The notes beneath the pieces are model-generated. The model was not told where the DNA came from and did not search any database. It was given only the letters and a program-made list of their open reading frames with translations. The position numbers and the translations under genes were made by a program. Positions 50,470 through 64,000 of a stretch of DNA of 64,000 nucleotides are shown here, one piece after another. Origin of the DNA: Antechinus flavipes (taxonomy: Eukaryota); assembly GCF_016432865.1 (NCBI RefSeq), contig NC_067399.1, positions 59,334,001 to 59,398,000 of the forward strand, written 5' to 3'. Every line of letters starts with the position of its first letter. Positions within the stretch are counted from its first letter, which is position 1.

Positions 50470-50888
50470 CCAGGAGATCATTATATACCTTAACAACGAT
50501 ACTGTATGAGGATGTATTCTGATGGAAGTGGATTTCTTCCATAAAGAGATCTAACTCAGTTTCAATTGATCAAGGATGGACAGAAGCAGCTACACTCAAA
50601 GAAAGAACACTGGGAAATGAATATAAACTGCTTGCATTTCTGTTTTTCTTCTCGGGTTATTTATACCTTCTGAACCCAATTCTCCCTGTGCAACAAGAAA
50701 ACTGTTCAGCTCTGCACACATATATTGTATCTAGGATATACTGTAACCTATTCAACATGTAAAGGATTGCTTGCCATCTTGGGGAGGAAGTGGAGGGGAA
50801 AAATCGGAACAGAAGTGAGTGCAAGGGATAATGCTGTAAAAAATTACCCTGGCATGGGTTCTATCAATAAAAAGTTATTTTAAAAAAA
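50470..50888 (+). mobile_element. 5'-truncated L1 3' UTR fragment with perfect 17-bp TSD
   Basis: Marsupial L1 3' UTR ending tcaataaaaagttattttaaaaaaa. TSD actaataattctttaca at 50453-50469 and 50889-50905. Confidence 0.88.
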
Positions 50889-52588
50889 ACTAATAATTCT
50901 TTACAAACAGACAAAACATATTCATATTAAAGACAGGATGAGTAAAGACAACATACTATCAATCTCCCAGAAGAACATAATGGGGGAAAAAAAAAAAAAC
51001 TTGGAACAGCAAGAAGTAATGCAAGAAACTGCCCAGAACTTCTAAACACAGGAAACAAAATACTAATTTTAAAAAAAAAAAACCCATAGATCACCTCCAG
51101 GGGGGAAAAAAAAGGCTGTAAACTTCAAGGCACAATGTGGTTAAATGTAACAGTTTCATTAAGAAACAACAAATTCTGCAAACAACCAGGAGAAAGATCT
51201 TCAAATACAATGTATTTATATCTGTATTCAGGAAATCTGAATAGCACAGACAATTCAGAATTCCAAAGAGCAATGGAGCAAGATCAAAGGTGACCAACCC
51301 TGCAAGTTGGAAGCTAATCATAAATGAAAAGAGAGGGGTACAGAAAGCCATTTAGCTGGCAGAGTTGTGACATGGTACAGCCATCTGGGAAGGCAATTTC
51401 CCCCTACATTCATGTTTCCTAAAAATTGAGACTAAACAAAAGCTGTACCAAAAATATTCTGCCTTTGGTCCCCTTGTGGAAGAAGTCCTTCTGTGGCAGT
51501 CCTGCCTCCTCCACCACAACCACGTCCCCATCTCTACTCCTACTTTGGCTTCTTCCTGCTACTGCTTCACATTTCTCCCTTGGTTCACTACCCATAAGTA
51601 AAGTATCTAGGGGTAGCTCTCTGCGAAGATGAAGTATCAAACACTATTTCCTCAAATACTCAGTGTTTTCAATTGTACAGGCTCTCCGTTCTTCAGAGGC
51701 ATTTTCACAACTTTAAGAAGTGCATTCATACTAATAATGCAAATGAAGTTACTAAAATGCCCATACCCTCTGAACAAAGATCCTCTTACTGGACTTCTAC
51801 TACAAGGAAGCCACTGTTTGGCCAAGAAGAAAGTCCCCAAATATCTAAAACATTTATAGCAGCACTTATATGGAAGTAAGAGTGAGAGCTGTTTAACTGC
51901 GAGCTGCTCCTCCAGGGGCCTCCTAACACCTCAGAACCTGGCCAGCAGGGCCCTCTGCCAACAGCTCAACAAACCATCCCTAGCAAGGAAAAGCCAGCCT
52001 TATAATTCTTCTTTGTGAAGTCCACAATGATGGCCTGTGAACCACAACAGCAGCACTGTACTGTATCTGCAGAGTGAAAGAAATGGTTAAACTGAAAAGC
52101 ATAACCATATAAACAAAAATAAAATGTCTCGGCAGCTATAAGAAAATGGGCCAAGTTACTGGAGAGTTCCTAAATCCCTAATAAAATTTGTGGATCAAAC
52201 AAAAACTAGGCTCTTCCTACACTAAATTCCCACAAACTAGTAGCTTCATATCAGAGACAGAGTAGTCTAAGTGGAGAGAAAGTGAAAAGAAATACCTTCT
52301 AAGAAATTGATTCTTTTATAACTGAGGAACTAGAATCTCTAATAATATGCAAGAAGGACCCTAAGAAGGGTCAGTGTCAGGGTCTGTCCAAAAGCTAGGT
52401 TTTGTAAAAGCTTTCTGCACTGAAAGCCATATCCTCTGTGATCACTAAGGGAGGAAAAGCTGAAAAGAAGTCCTTTTAGTGGGAGACAACAAGAATCCAC
52501 TCCATCTTTTGGGATGCCCTGTCAAAGAGTCTTCCTCACTTATCTATTCTGGGGAACTGAGCAACTTTCCATCCGAGAACCCGCTCAC

Positions 52589-52749
52589 CTCTGCAGGGAG
52601 ATGGAACCTTCAGCAATAAGTGGCTGCTCAGGGACAGGCTTTTGGAAATCAAACATCAGGACCTGCTGGGGCTCCGACAAGCATCTGCTTGAGTACTCCC
52701 AGAGAGGGTGAGGCTCTGCTTCCCGGGCTTCCCTGAAGTCTAGAGAGTG
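52589..52749 (-). CDS. PRMT7: PRMT7 exon (161 nt; [19 protein letters not shown]...AEGSISLQ(R))
   Basis: tctctcttcag acceptor, AG|gtgagc donor, phase 0-2. Confidence 0.97.
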
Positions 52750-53662
52750 CTGAAGAGAGAAGAACAAGCAGTAAAAATAACCACCTGAATTTCTACAGCA
52801 TCTGAAGGTTCACAAACATCCTCACCCCAACCACTAGGATGAGATAAGGGAGTGCTAGTATCCTTCCTCTTTTTTACAGGTGAAGTGCCTTCCTGCCCCT
52901 GGTCTCCCACATGGAGAGGGTCAGAGTTGACATATGACCCCGATCCTCCTCATTCCCATGTTAATATTCTCTGCATTACAATGGCCCACAAATAACAGGG
53001 TGTAGAGAAAAGGGATGAGGCAGCACAGAGCCAGGCAGAGATACAGATGAGAGCTGGCCTTGGCAAATAACCCGGCCTTTGATGTAGATGTGCCTCATTT
53101 TCACATATTGCTTTAAAATCAATGGATCACCTTGATTTCTGTTCTCCTTTGATCCAAGACTTGATTAGTACCCCTTGCTAGTCTGTCAGTCTCTTTCAAT
53201 GGGCTTCCTAAAATCAGCTTCCTTACAGCCACCTAAAGACTCTGCTTATTTGGGAAGGGATGAAGGGAAAGCAGGAAGGCTGATGCCTGAAATCTTCATC
53301 TTCTGTCTTCATTTTTAATGGAGTGAAAATTCTGCCCCAATTTCCACCACTGCAATATTGTCACAGGGTGTGCTGGGATGAGCACCTTTTCAAAGTACCT
53401 TAAAGAAGAGCCATTGCTTCCTGCCATCAGTCACAGCAGAGGCTGCACCTCCCATATCCACTTCCACCATTTGTGAGAGTTGGGGCTGAGCCGGGGCTGC
53501 CCCAACCAAGGAAGATTAAGGAAGCCTCCATGCCCCACACCCCAGCCCACTCTCCAGGGATGGGAGAGTGAAATGCTGTGTCACTAGAGACATAACGTCA
53601 TCTCAACACCCGCCTCTGCAGGATATCCCTGCTGACACTATCAGAGTGGAACTACTCCACTA

Positions 53663-55000
<1,338 letters not shown>

Positions 55001-55096
55001 CAAGATTCTATTAGACTGAACCCTACAATATTCGTAATTTCAAATGCCTCATCTTAACCCAAATTATTTGAAATAAAATTATTCCATATAGCTTAC

Positions 55097-55258
55097 CTTG
55101 AACTCTACAACCACCATGTGCAAGGAGGCAGCTTGTGGCAACACCGTGATATTGTTAGCAAGATGTTCAATCACAGCTGTCCTTGCATACCAAAAGTATA
55201 GATTGTGCCATGGTAATAGACTTGTTGTGAAAAAAGGTTCTCCAAGAAGAACAGAGAT
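55097..55258 (-). CDS. PRMT7: PRMT7 exon (162 nt; [24 protein letters not shown]...LHMVVVEFK)
   Basis: ttgttcag acceptor, AAG|gtaagc donor. [15 protein letters not shown] motif. Confidence 0.98.
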
Positions 55259-55593
55259 CTGAACAATCAGAAAAAGAAATAAAACCATTAGCCTGACTTG
55301 ATTTGAGTCAAGTGTAAGCCACAAATTCTAAACATGCAAGAGGGAAAGACATCTTTCCAATTTTAATAAAATATACATGACTTGTAGACATGATAAAAAA
55401 AATTTACTTAAAAGTTTGCAATGAGACTGATTAATACTAGAATTTTTTAGAAGTCTTGCATAAGCATGCCATTCATATTTCAGTATTTATTCTCTTGTAA
55501 AGAAAAATAATCAATTGGATTAGGTAACAAACTAATGTTAATATTAATTAATAATAATAATTAATTAATAATAACAAAAAAAAGGCAGAGAAG

Positions 55594-55594
<1 letters not shown>

Positions 55595-55636
<42 letters not shown>
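55595..55636. repeat. (GA)n microsatellite
   Basis: Direct reading. Confidence 0.95.
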
Positions 55637-55641
<5 letters not shown>

Positions 55642-55707
55642 TGGCTTGGAGTACTGCTTTTAGCAAATATATGTTACTAATGCAAAGAGATGACACCTAT
55701 TACTCAC

Positions 55708-55797
55708 CTTTCTATCACCCAAATCTGCAGAGGTGAGTAATTCAGGACGCTTCTCTATTATAGTAATTGTATCCTCCAGACCATTAGCCTTAAAAAT
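55708..55797 (-). CDS. PRMT7: PRMT7 exon (90 nt; [30 protein letters not shown])
   Basis: ttttcaaag acceptor, AAG|gtgagt donor. Confidence 0.97.
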
Positions 55798-56455
55798 CTT
55801 TGAAAAAATAATAAATTGGGTTATTTTTTCAACAACTTCAATCAATAAGTCTCAATGTAGTCTTTGTTTTCCAAACACTAATTTCTCTTTTATGTGTATT
55901 TGGTATAAAAGCATCACAATGTGTCAAGAATAAGACTACCAAAGAACTAGCATGATTTAAAAACAAATGCCTCTTGTAAGGAAAATCTGGTTTTTTTTGT
56001 GGCAACACAATGCTCTGAGAAGAGTTTCAGGTTTGCCCATTTCATCTCCTGACACTTTACTACCTTCCACCACACCTACATGGTAAGGACAAGAACACAA
56101 ATGTGATCAACTTTATCCCCCAGGTGGGACTGTTGCTCAGACAAACAAGACAGAATTATTACTAACAAAGTTCAAAATTCTTCTTGTCTTTTTACTTTTC
56201 TGTGAAATGAGGGAAAAAGGCTTGGTAAGAACAGGTAACCTCAGATTTTTCACCAAAAACAAATTAAAACATAGTGCCATATGTTAGTTTATACTCAAGC
56301 AGAAAATAGGATATTCTACAGGTCACCTGTTTCTCCACTTTGTTCTAAATCTCAAAGTACGAAATCCAAAACAATAATTCAATGCCAGATGCTCAATCTC
56401 ACATATCCCCAGTCTAGCCAAATCCATCATGTCCCCTGAATATTTATCCACTCAC

Positions 56456-56503
56456 TTTTTTCATCAGTCGATGTGACACTGCTGAGTTCTCTAATGTGAA
56501 TAC
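56456..56503 (-). CDS. PRMT7: PRMT7 exon (48 nt; VFTLENSAVSHRLMKK)
   Basis: ccctttag acceptor, AAA|gtgagt donor. Matches recalled human VFTVESSAASHKLLRK. Confidence 0.93.
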
Positions 56504-56849
56504 CTAAAGGGAATTATGTACCATTAGTCACAACTAGCTTGAATTCTTAATATCATTAGAAAATTGTAAATACTGAAACTTTGTAAGAGCATAATAAATG
56601 ACAGATTAGGAAGTACCACCCATCCATTCCAATAACTGCCCACATTGTCTAGGAACACAAATCACATTACTGATTTGAGCAATATGCCTTGAGAGTCTCA
56701 AGCCTCAAGCTGAGTTCTAATGACTCTGCCAGGCTATGCCCATGAACTAACTAGAGCCTCCTCATTCTAACGCATATATCTAAAGGGCATGAATAGAGTA
56801 TGGCCAAACCAATACTAATACCTTAAAAGATCTTTTAAAAGCCAGTTTC

Positions 56850-57920
56850 TAATGCAGACAAAATTAGAAGGGAAGAAAAAAACTGGGAAAACATCTTTAC
56901 AATTAAAGGTTCTGATAAAGGCCTCATTTCCAAAATATATAGAGAACTGACTCAAATTTATAAGAAATCAAGCCATTTTCCAACTGATAAATGGTCAAAG
57001 GATATGAACAATTTTCAGATGATGAAATAGAAATTATTTCTACCTATATGAAAAGGTGTTCCAAATCATTATTGATCAGAGAAATGCAAATTAAGACAAC
57101 TCTGAGATACCACTACACACCTGTCAGATTGGCTAAGATGACAGGAAAAGACAGTGATGAATGTTGGAGGGGATATGGGAAAACAGGGACACTGATGCAT
57201 TGTTGGTGGAGTTGTGAACGGATCCAGCCTTTCAGGAGAGCAATTTGGAACTATGCTCAAAAAGTTATCAAACTGTGCATACCCTTTGACCCAGCAGTGT
57301 TACTTCTGGGCTTATATCCCAGAGATACTAAAGAAGGGAAAGGGACCTGTATGTGCCAAAATGTTTGTGGCAGCCCTCTTTGTAGTAGCTAGAAACTGAA
57401 AAATGAATGGATGCCCATCAATTGGAGAATGGCTGAATAAACTGTGATATATGAATTTTATGGAATATTACTGTTCTGTAAGAAATGACCAGCAGAATGA
57501 ATACAGAGAGGCCTGGAGAAACTTCCATGAACTTCCATGAGCAGAACCAGGTGAGCATTATACACTTACACAACAAAATTATTCAACGATCAGTTCTGAT
57601 GGAAGTGGATATCTTCAACAATGAGAGGATCCAAATCAGTTCCAATTGATCAATGATGGACAAAACCAGCTACACCCAGAGAAGAAACACTGGGAAATGA
57701 GTGTGGACCACAACATAGCATTTACACTCTTTCTGTTATTGTTTGCTTGCATTTTTGTTTTTCTTCCCAGGTTATTTTTACCTTCTTTCTAGATCTGATT
57801 TTTCTTGTACAGCAAGATAACTGTATAAATATGTATACATATTTGGTATGGGCAAGGGTCAGTATTGAAAAATTACCATGCACATGTTTTCTCAATAAAA
57901 AGCTATAATAAAAAAAAATT
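56850..57920 (+). mobile_element. 5'-truncated L1 (ORF2 C-terminus plus 3' UTR plus A-tail)
   Basis: MKRCSKSLLIREMQIKTTLRYHYTPVRLA...CWRGYGKTGTLMHCWW is the L1 ORF2 Cys-rich end. Degenerate TSD aaa(a)g(c/a)cagtttc at ~56837-56849 and ~57927-57938. Confidence 0.92.
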
Positions 57921-58375
57921 TTTTTTAAAGACAGTTTCATTGGTATGAGCACTTCCTGTGCCACACAAATTGCAACCTTTCCATGCTGTAGCAGATTTAT
58001 CTCTGAGTTGCTTTGGCCCAAACCCAGTTATCATCTGGCCACCAGGCCTCTCTGCTTTTCTGCTCTGAATCTAGGATGTTCTCAGGCTTCTGTTGTTTAA
58101 AGTTCTCCTAGCCAGGGAAGACTGCACTCCATCAGCACAGCTTCCCAGAACACCTGCTCACCTTCAGAAAGTACTTCCCTCACATCACACTGGAATGCAG
58201 GGAAGTCCTGCCATCTTTGAAGACATCAACAGCCATTACATGAACAATATACCAAAACCGTTCAGCATGTGAGTAAAGTAAAAGTTATAAACGAGAAACA
58301 AAAAATTGAGGTAAGAGTGTTAGAAGTAGATAACCTTAAAACGGGTCTAAGAAGAAAGCAAAAATGTGCAATTAC

Positions 58376-58459
58376 CTGTTCTGCCCCTACACAATGAGCC
58401 AATATTGGAAGCAAGCTGCCATCACTGATGCAGAGACAAACGCTATCTGCTTTCAATAC
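58376..58459 (-). CDS. PRMT7: PRMT7 exon (84 nt; [28 protein letters not shown])
   Basis: cttcttttag acceptor, CAG|gtaatt donor. Confidence 0.97.
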
Positions 58460-59368
58460 CTAAAAGAAGCAAAAAACTGTCAGCATCTACTTTTATTACA
58501 GATTAAAAGGTTTTCAGATATCATTTGTCAAGAAATCCTTGCCAGTTTAAATAAAGAAAAAAGTCACTGATCTGCCTTTATTATTTCAGAATCAACAAGA
58601 ATTAAATGTGATCTAAACCTTAACATCTATAGAAATTATCTCAAAAACAGACTGTTAAGCAAACAATGTCTCGGAACAGGATTGAAGAGGTCAGCTTAGC
58701 CTATTCAGGAGAGGAGTTTTTAAGGAATTCAGATTTTTTTTTATGCACAATACTACTAATTACAAATCATTTTATCTGCAAAACCATCTCTGCGGAACCG
58801 CATAGTTCACCATTCAATATACCTTATATCTCATGATTCCCCAACACAAACTGTCCCTTACACACATCACTCATTCCAATCAACTTTGGCGCTTACCTCA
58901 TATCCACATTTCTCTCTGTCATTTCCCTCCGCATTTCTCTCTGTCAATTCAATCCTTTCACTTCTCTCAAGCACTATTTTCTCTATGAAGTCTTCCTTGA
59001 TTTTCTAGTCAACAATGATTTTTTTCCCTTTCATGAATTCTTATAGCACAGAGTTTCTATACCAGACAATCTTGGTTAACTATATTGTATCTTGTGTTTT
59101 CTCTAGTTGTTTTCATATGTTTATATCTTGTTTCTCCAGCTAAACTCTGAGCTCTCTAACCTCAGGAACACACTATCCCCACAATCTCTAGACCACTGGA
59201 CATATAAAACACGTAAATACTTGTTGACTTCTGAGTATATGAAATATACTGCAAGTCTTCCCTTTAAATATCACAGAAAATGTTTAAGGTCTCATAATCT
59301 AATGTCTCAAACCTTATCATCAGAACATCTAACCTAAATCATTCTTGCTATACTTAAAAACAATTCCT

Positions 59369-60200
59369 TCTGATATGAACAATTTTCTGATGAAGAAATT
59401 AAAACTATCTATAATCAAATGGAAAAAATTCTCTAAATCATTATTGAGTAGAGAAATGCAAATTAAAACAACTCTGAGATACCACCTCACACCCCTCAGA
59501 TTGATTAAAATAACAGGAAAAGATTATGATAAATGTTGGAGGGGATGGGGGAAAACTGGGACACTAATGCATTGTTGGTAGAGTTGTGAACTGATCTAAT
59601 CATTCTGGACAGCAATTTGGAACTCTGCCCAAAAAGCTATCAAACAGTAGTGTCTCTACTAGATTTATATCCCAAAGTGACCATAAAAGAGAGAAAAGGA
59701 CCCATATGTGCAAAAATGTTTGTGGCAGCCCTTTTTGTAGTTGCAATGAACCGGAAATTGAATGGATACCCATCAACTGGGCAATGAATGAATAAGTAAG
59801 TTATGGTACATAAATGTAATGGAATATTATTGTTCTATAAAAATGATGAACAGACTGATTTTAGAAAGTCCTGGAAAGATTTACATGAATTGATACTAAT
59901 CAAAACAAGCAGAACCAGGAAAACATTGTACATAGTAACAGCAAGATTGTACAATGATTAACTATGATAGACTTGGTTCTTCTGAAACTTTGGATGGAAA
60001 ATACCAATGCATCCAGAGAAAGAACTATAGAGACTGAATATAGATCAATCTATACTATTTTTATCTTTTTTCTCTCATGATTTTTCCCTTCTGTTTTGAA
60101 TTTTCTCTCTCAACATGAGATATATATTATGAATGTACATGTATAAGAAAAAAAGTTTTTACATGTGACTGGGGAAAATAATTTTTTAAAATAAAAAAAA
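59369..60200 (+). mobile_element. 5'-truncated L1 (ORF2 C-terminus plus 3' UTR), older subfamily
   Basis: KSLLSREMQIKTTLRYHLTPLRLIKITGKDYDKCWRGWGKTGTLMHCW. AATAAA plus A-tail near 60190. Confidence 0.9.
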
Positions 60201-60454
60201 GATTGTGATTATGTGATTGTGAGATATTGATTAGAGAACTTTTAGATTACAAAGAGAGTTTTCAAAAGGAAACTAGCTTCTAATTTAAGCATAGGATTAA
60301 TTCTATTGTTATATAATATAAACCTCAGTCAAGCCCAGCCAATTAGAATGGATATAGCACAAATTAATATCATAATCCAATTCTGGAAGCATAAGCAAAT
60401 TCACAGATGAAATTAAGAAAAGCAGAGGATGCTCTGAAGACAGATCTGAGCTTC

Positions 60455-60585
60455 TTTTATTTATTTATTTGTTTGTTTGTTTGTTCGTTGGGCAGGCAAT
60501 GTTAAGTGTCTGAACCCGGATCTGAACTTAGGTTCCCCTGACTCCAGGGTTGATGCTTTATCCACTATGCCACCCAGCTGCCCCC
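60455..60585 (-). mobile_element. Internally deleted WSINE1/Mar-like SINE
   Basis: Reverse complement ggggcagctgggtggcatagtggataaagcatcaaccctggagtcaggggaacctaagttcagatccgg...; tail (AAAC/AAAT)n. Confidence 0.7.
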
Positions 60586-60800
60586 ACACCCAAGCTTCTG
60601 AGGTTGACTGACATCATCCCTGATCACAAACTGTCTTTTGGTGGCCCTGACAATAAGGACTCCTGAACAGGACATCAGCCGTGGGTGACCTTCAGCACAG
60701 CAATTTCACTCTTAAGATAAATCCAGTCTTCTTTAGTTAACACCAAGCAAAAATACACTAGAATATAAACTATATAGAACTAAAGTTATAAATAAACTAA

Positions 60801-60867
60801 GAAACTACAAATATTTGGGAATATAAATATAAGCTATATGTTTATATTCCCAAATATTTGTAGTTTC
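60801..60867. repeat. Perfect 27-bp inverted repeat with 13-nt loop
   Basis: gaaactacaaatatttgggaatataaa (60801-60827) and tttatattcccaaatatttgtagtttc (60841-60867). Confidence 0.95.
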
Positions 60868-61149
60868 GTAGTGAGAACAATAATTCAGAAGAACATGCAT
60901 TTCATTCTTACGCTTTCTTGAGTGGAAAAGCCCCTCAGAGAGCCAAGATCCACTAATTGTCTAGAAAGCAGATTTGTATATTCCCAAATTCCAAATGAGA
61001 CCTGGAGCAGGCCCTTGAGACAATCTGATCCAATTCCCAAGCATAAGGCAGCTAGAGCAAGGAGAACCAAGGTAGTGAATTCCAGACAGAAAACACTTCA
61101 GGAAAGGAAAAGAACTCTTCTCCTGAATTCAAAAAACCCCAACCCTTAC

Positions 61150-61288
61150 CTTCTTCAGTGCTTGGATGTATTGTTCTGTTCTCTTATGGTCATTCAGTTC
61201 TCCAAACCGAGGCCGGTTCCAGAGCAAATGAGCCTGACATTCACAGACGGGACGCTCTTCATGAAAATTATTCTTACTTTTTTCATTC
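61150..61288 (-). CDS. PRMT7: PRMT7 exon (139 nt; [46 protein letters not shown]); most 5' PRMT7 exon found in the window
   Basis: gccctag acceptor, AAG|gtaagg donor, phase 2-0. [12 protein letters not shown] motif. Not in the ORF track. Further upstream exons presumably lie beyond 64000. Confidence 0.95.
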
Positions 61289-63324
61289 CTAGGGCATACC
61301 ATGAACTAAAGGTTAAGGTGACTAACAAGATATCCAGAGACACTAAAGAGGATAGCAAGAGCTAATGGGATAATAAAGACTGAAAAGACTCTTCTGGGAT
61401 TGAAATCATTCACAAAATACAGTCTGGTGGTGGACAGGGAAAGGCCTCTCTCTCCAAGTAAATATGGAAAACATGAAAAGGTGTGCCATTTACTGCACTT
61501 TGTGCCTAGCTTTATGTCTCTCCGGGACTTAAGTACAAGCTCTTCTTCTTCCTATAAGAAAGGGGAAAGAAAGCCTGAAAAACAGCTCTCCAATTTTCAG
61601 ATTATTAATGACAATGCAAGATTTTTTAAAAAGCTAAAAGAGCTTCACTGTGAAAAAATCCAAAGGAAAAAGGATATGAGGCATGAAAAAAGAATCCTGG
61701 CCAGGGTCAAGAGTTAGATGGTGGAAAGATTCACATGGAAGCAAAGATAAAGAAACAAATTGAAAGCAGGGGTCTGCCTAGAGAGCCACTACTCTCCCTT
61801 CAAGGCTGGTAACATCAGCCCACAGGCACTGTCACATGGGAGATTATCCCCAACCAATATCAATAGGAGATGCAGTTGGAATTCCCAGCTGAGTAAAACT
61901 AATGGCATGAATTTGTCAACCTAATAACAATAACCAAGATGGCGTTGTTGTCATCATTATTTGGTGTATTCTCAGAGTCTGGATCCAAGACATGATAGAG
62001 AATATACTAAGCTTCATCAAAATGTCTATTATAGACTTCTATTGATTTATATGGGTACAGATGATACTGCTTGAAGGAAACTAGAATTCATTACTACAGA
62101 ACATGGAATCTTAGACAAGGTTTTATGAAGAATTTGGAGGCACAAATGATATTTATCAAAGAAAAGAATTCAAAAAGAAAATCAGAAATGAGAAATGAAC
62201 AACTGATTAAGAAGACAGTGTCTCAGTATGGTAATTAGATTGTAGTTCACTGCTTAAAATACAGGAATGATAGGCTTCTGAGTGTTTAACAAGACCCAGT
62301 AAGGATATTTTCCTAAGAACCTGGCAAACCCTAGCAAAGTGCTTTCAAACTGAAAAGGAAGAGGAAGAGAGAAAATTATATACAGCTACACACAAGCTGA
62401 AACCATAGAACAATGGTTCAAAAACTTTTTTTGTCTTTTAAAATTACTGAGGATCCCCAAAGAACTTTTGTTTATGTGGGTTATGTCTATCAATATTCAC
62501 TGAATTTAGGAATTAATATTATCATGAAAATAATTCTGGCCTTGAGAACTCTTTGAAAGATCAAGAAAACCTAGGTTCAAATTCTGCCTCAGATATTTGT
62601 TAACTGTGTGACTCTCAAAGGTCTCCAGATCACATACAGACTAAGAGAATGGCTAGAGTACAAGGTAGAGAAAAGAACAGCAGAAAAACAATCCAAAAGT
62701 TCACAAGAGAAGCCAGAAATAAAGCCTGTGGCTTCAAATTCTCTACAGACAAATGTACTTAGTGGGGCTAAGAAGGAAAATGAAGAAGAATCTCATAAGA
62801 GGAAACAAATGTGACATTATTGAGATAACAACTGTGACTAGAATATCTCTGGAAAGAAATACTTTATTCTAATGTAAGATGTTACAGAAGAGGAGAAAGA
62901 TAAACATTGCATATTAAGAAGATAGACTTGTGAGGAAATTCAGGTAGCAGAACATAAAATCAGAGAGAGCATCTGTACAAAGAGCAGTTAAAGCAAAGAC
63001 AGAAATAATATGGTCATTGTCGTATACTAAAGACCATCAGGTTAAAAAGAGAAAAGAGATGAGAGAGTTCACACATCTAGAACAAAGTCACAATACTGGA
63101 AATTATCCGGACATCTGCCAGTAAGGTCCCACAACAACCGCAAAGCCAATGATCTTCCAATTTCTTTAATGACCATTTCATTCCTCAAAGGGAAAAGCTC
63201 TATTTTGGACCCAACTCTCACCCACATGAAAGAATCAGCTGTCAGGGAGAGGAAATATGACATCAAGATTTAAGTGAAATGAGCAGAACCAGGATTTCAT
63301 TGTACAAGGCAGCAGCAAAATTAT

Positions 63325-63720
63325 ACAATCATCAATTCTAATGGATGTGGCTCTTCTCAATAATGAGACCATTCGGGCCAGTTCCAATGATCTTGTGATG
63401 AAGAGAGCCATCTACACCCAGAGAGAGAAATCTGGGAACTGAATGTGGATCACAACAAAGCATTTTCACTTCTTTTGTTATTGTTTGCTTGAATTTTGTT
63501 TTCTTTCTCATTTTTTCCTTTTTGATGTGATTCTTCTTGTGCAGCAAATGTATAAATATATATGCCTATATTGGATTTACATATATTTTTATGCGTTACA
63601 CATATTGGATTACTTGCCATCTAGGAAAGGGGGTACAAAAGGATTGGAAAATGGAACACAAGGTTTTGCAAGGGTTAATTGTAAAAAATTATTCTTGCAT
63701 ATGTTTTGAAAATAAAAAGC
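63325..63720 (+). mobile_element. L1 3' UTR fragment
   Basis: Same 3' UTR family as 10625-11269 (gccatctacacccagagagagaa...gaatgtggatcacaac...gaaaataaaaag). Confidence 0.8.
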
Positions 63721-63775
63721 TTCTGCTCTTAATCTTTGGCAGAAGCTTATTTTACCTTCTAAAAACATTATTACA

Positions 63776-63946
63776 GGGCAGGTAGGTGGCACAGAGAGTA
63801 GGGCACCATCCCTGAAGTCAGGACAACCTGAGTTCAAATCTGGTCTCAAACATTAAATACTTCCTAACTGTGTGACCCTGGACAAGTCACTTAACCCCAA
63901 TTGCCTCAGTAAAAACAAACAAACAAACAAACAAAAAAAAAAAAAA
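63776..63946 (+). mobile_element. WSINE1-like SINE
   Basis: gggcaggtaggtggcacagagagtagggcaccatccctgaagtcaggacaacctgagttcaaatc...ccccaattgcctcag plus (AAAC)nA-tail. Partial TSD aaaaac..tattaca on both sides. Confidence 0.85.
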
Positions 63947-64000
63947 ACCAGTATTACAATTTCTTAGATAAGCCAAACGTGAGTAAATTTTTATTGCTTT

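Noticed and set aside
60922-61365. 147-aa plus-strand ORF
   Set aside because: Antisense to a PRMT7 exon with no recognisable homology; likely incidental.
63069-63266. Minus-strand ORF as a candidate next PRMT7 exon
   Set aside because: Lacks the expected WRDHWMQCVYF motif; that exon probably lies beyond the window.

Overview
Vertebrate genomic DNA, almost certainly marsupial and probably dasyurid-like. The evidence is WSINE1-type and Mar1-type SINEs, marsupial-type L1 3' UTRs, and MIR/L2/L3 relics. There are two N gaps. The window holds two convergent genes in the synteny known from human. On the + strand is the complete CDS of SMPD3 (neutral sphingomyelinase 2): 7 coding exons, 6031-37653, 2007 nt, 668 aa, with all GT-AG junctions in phase. 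On the - strand are the last 9 coding exons of PRMT7 (61288 down to the stop at 46498). The most unusual signal is in SMPD3 itself. The 9-aa catalytic-domain Cys (palmitoylation) motif is triplicated in frame, the N-terminal membrane domain has reshuffled its cysteines, and several catalytic-domain cysteines (including the human C617 equivalent) are replaced, while the catalytic residues are intact. Non-coding points of interest are a ~2.3-kb 53-bp VNTR with higher-order structure and embedded splice-like signals, two perfect 26-27 bp intronic hairpins, a polyA-signal-bearing 76-bp repeat, a G4/i-motif minisatellite, a uORF cluster and TSD-flanked retro-insertions. No prokaryotic systems, CRISPR, rRNA or tRNA genes were seen. 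All comparisons with human or mouse proteins are from memory and need confirming by alignment.
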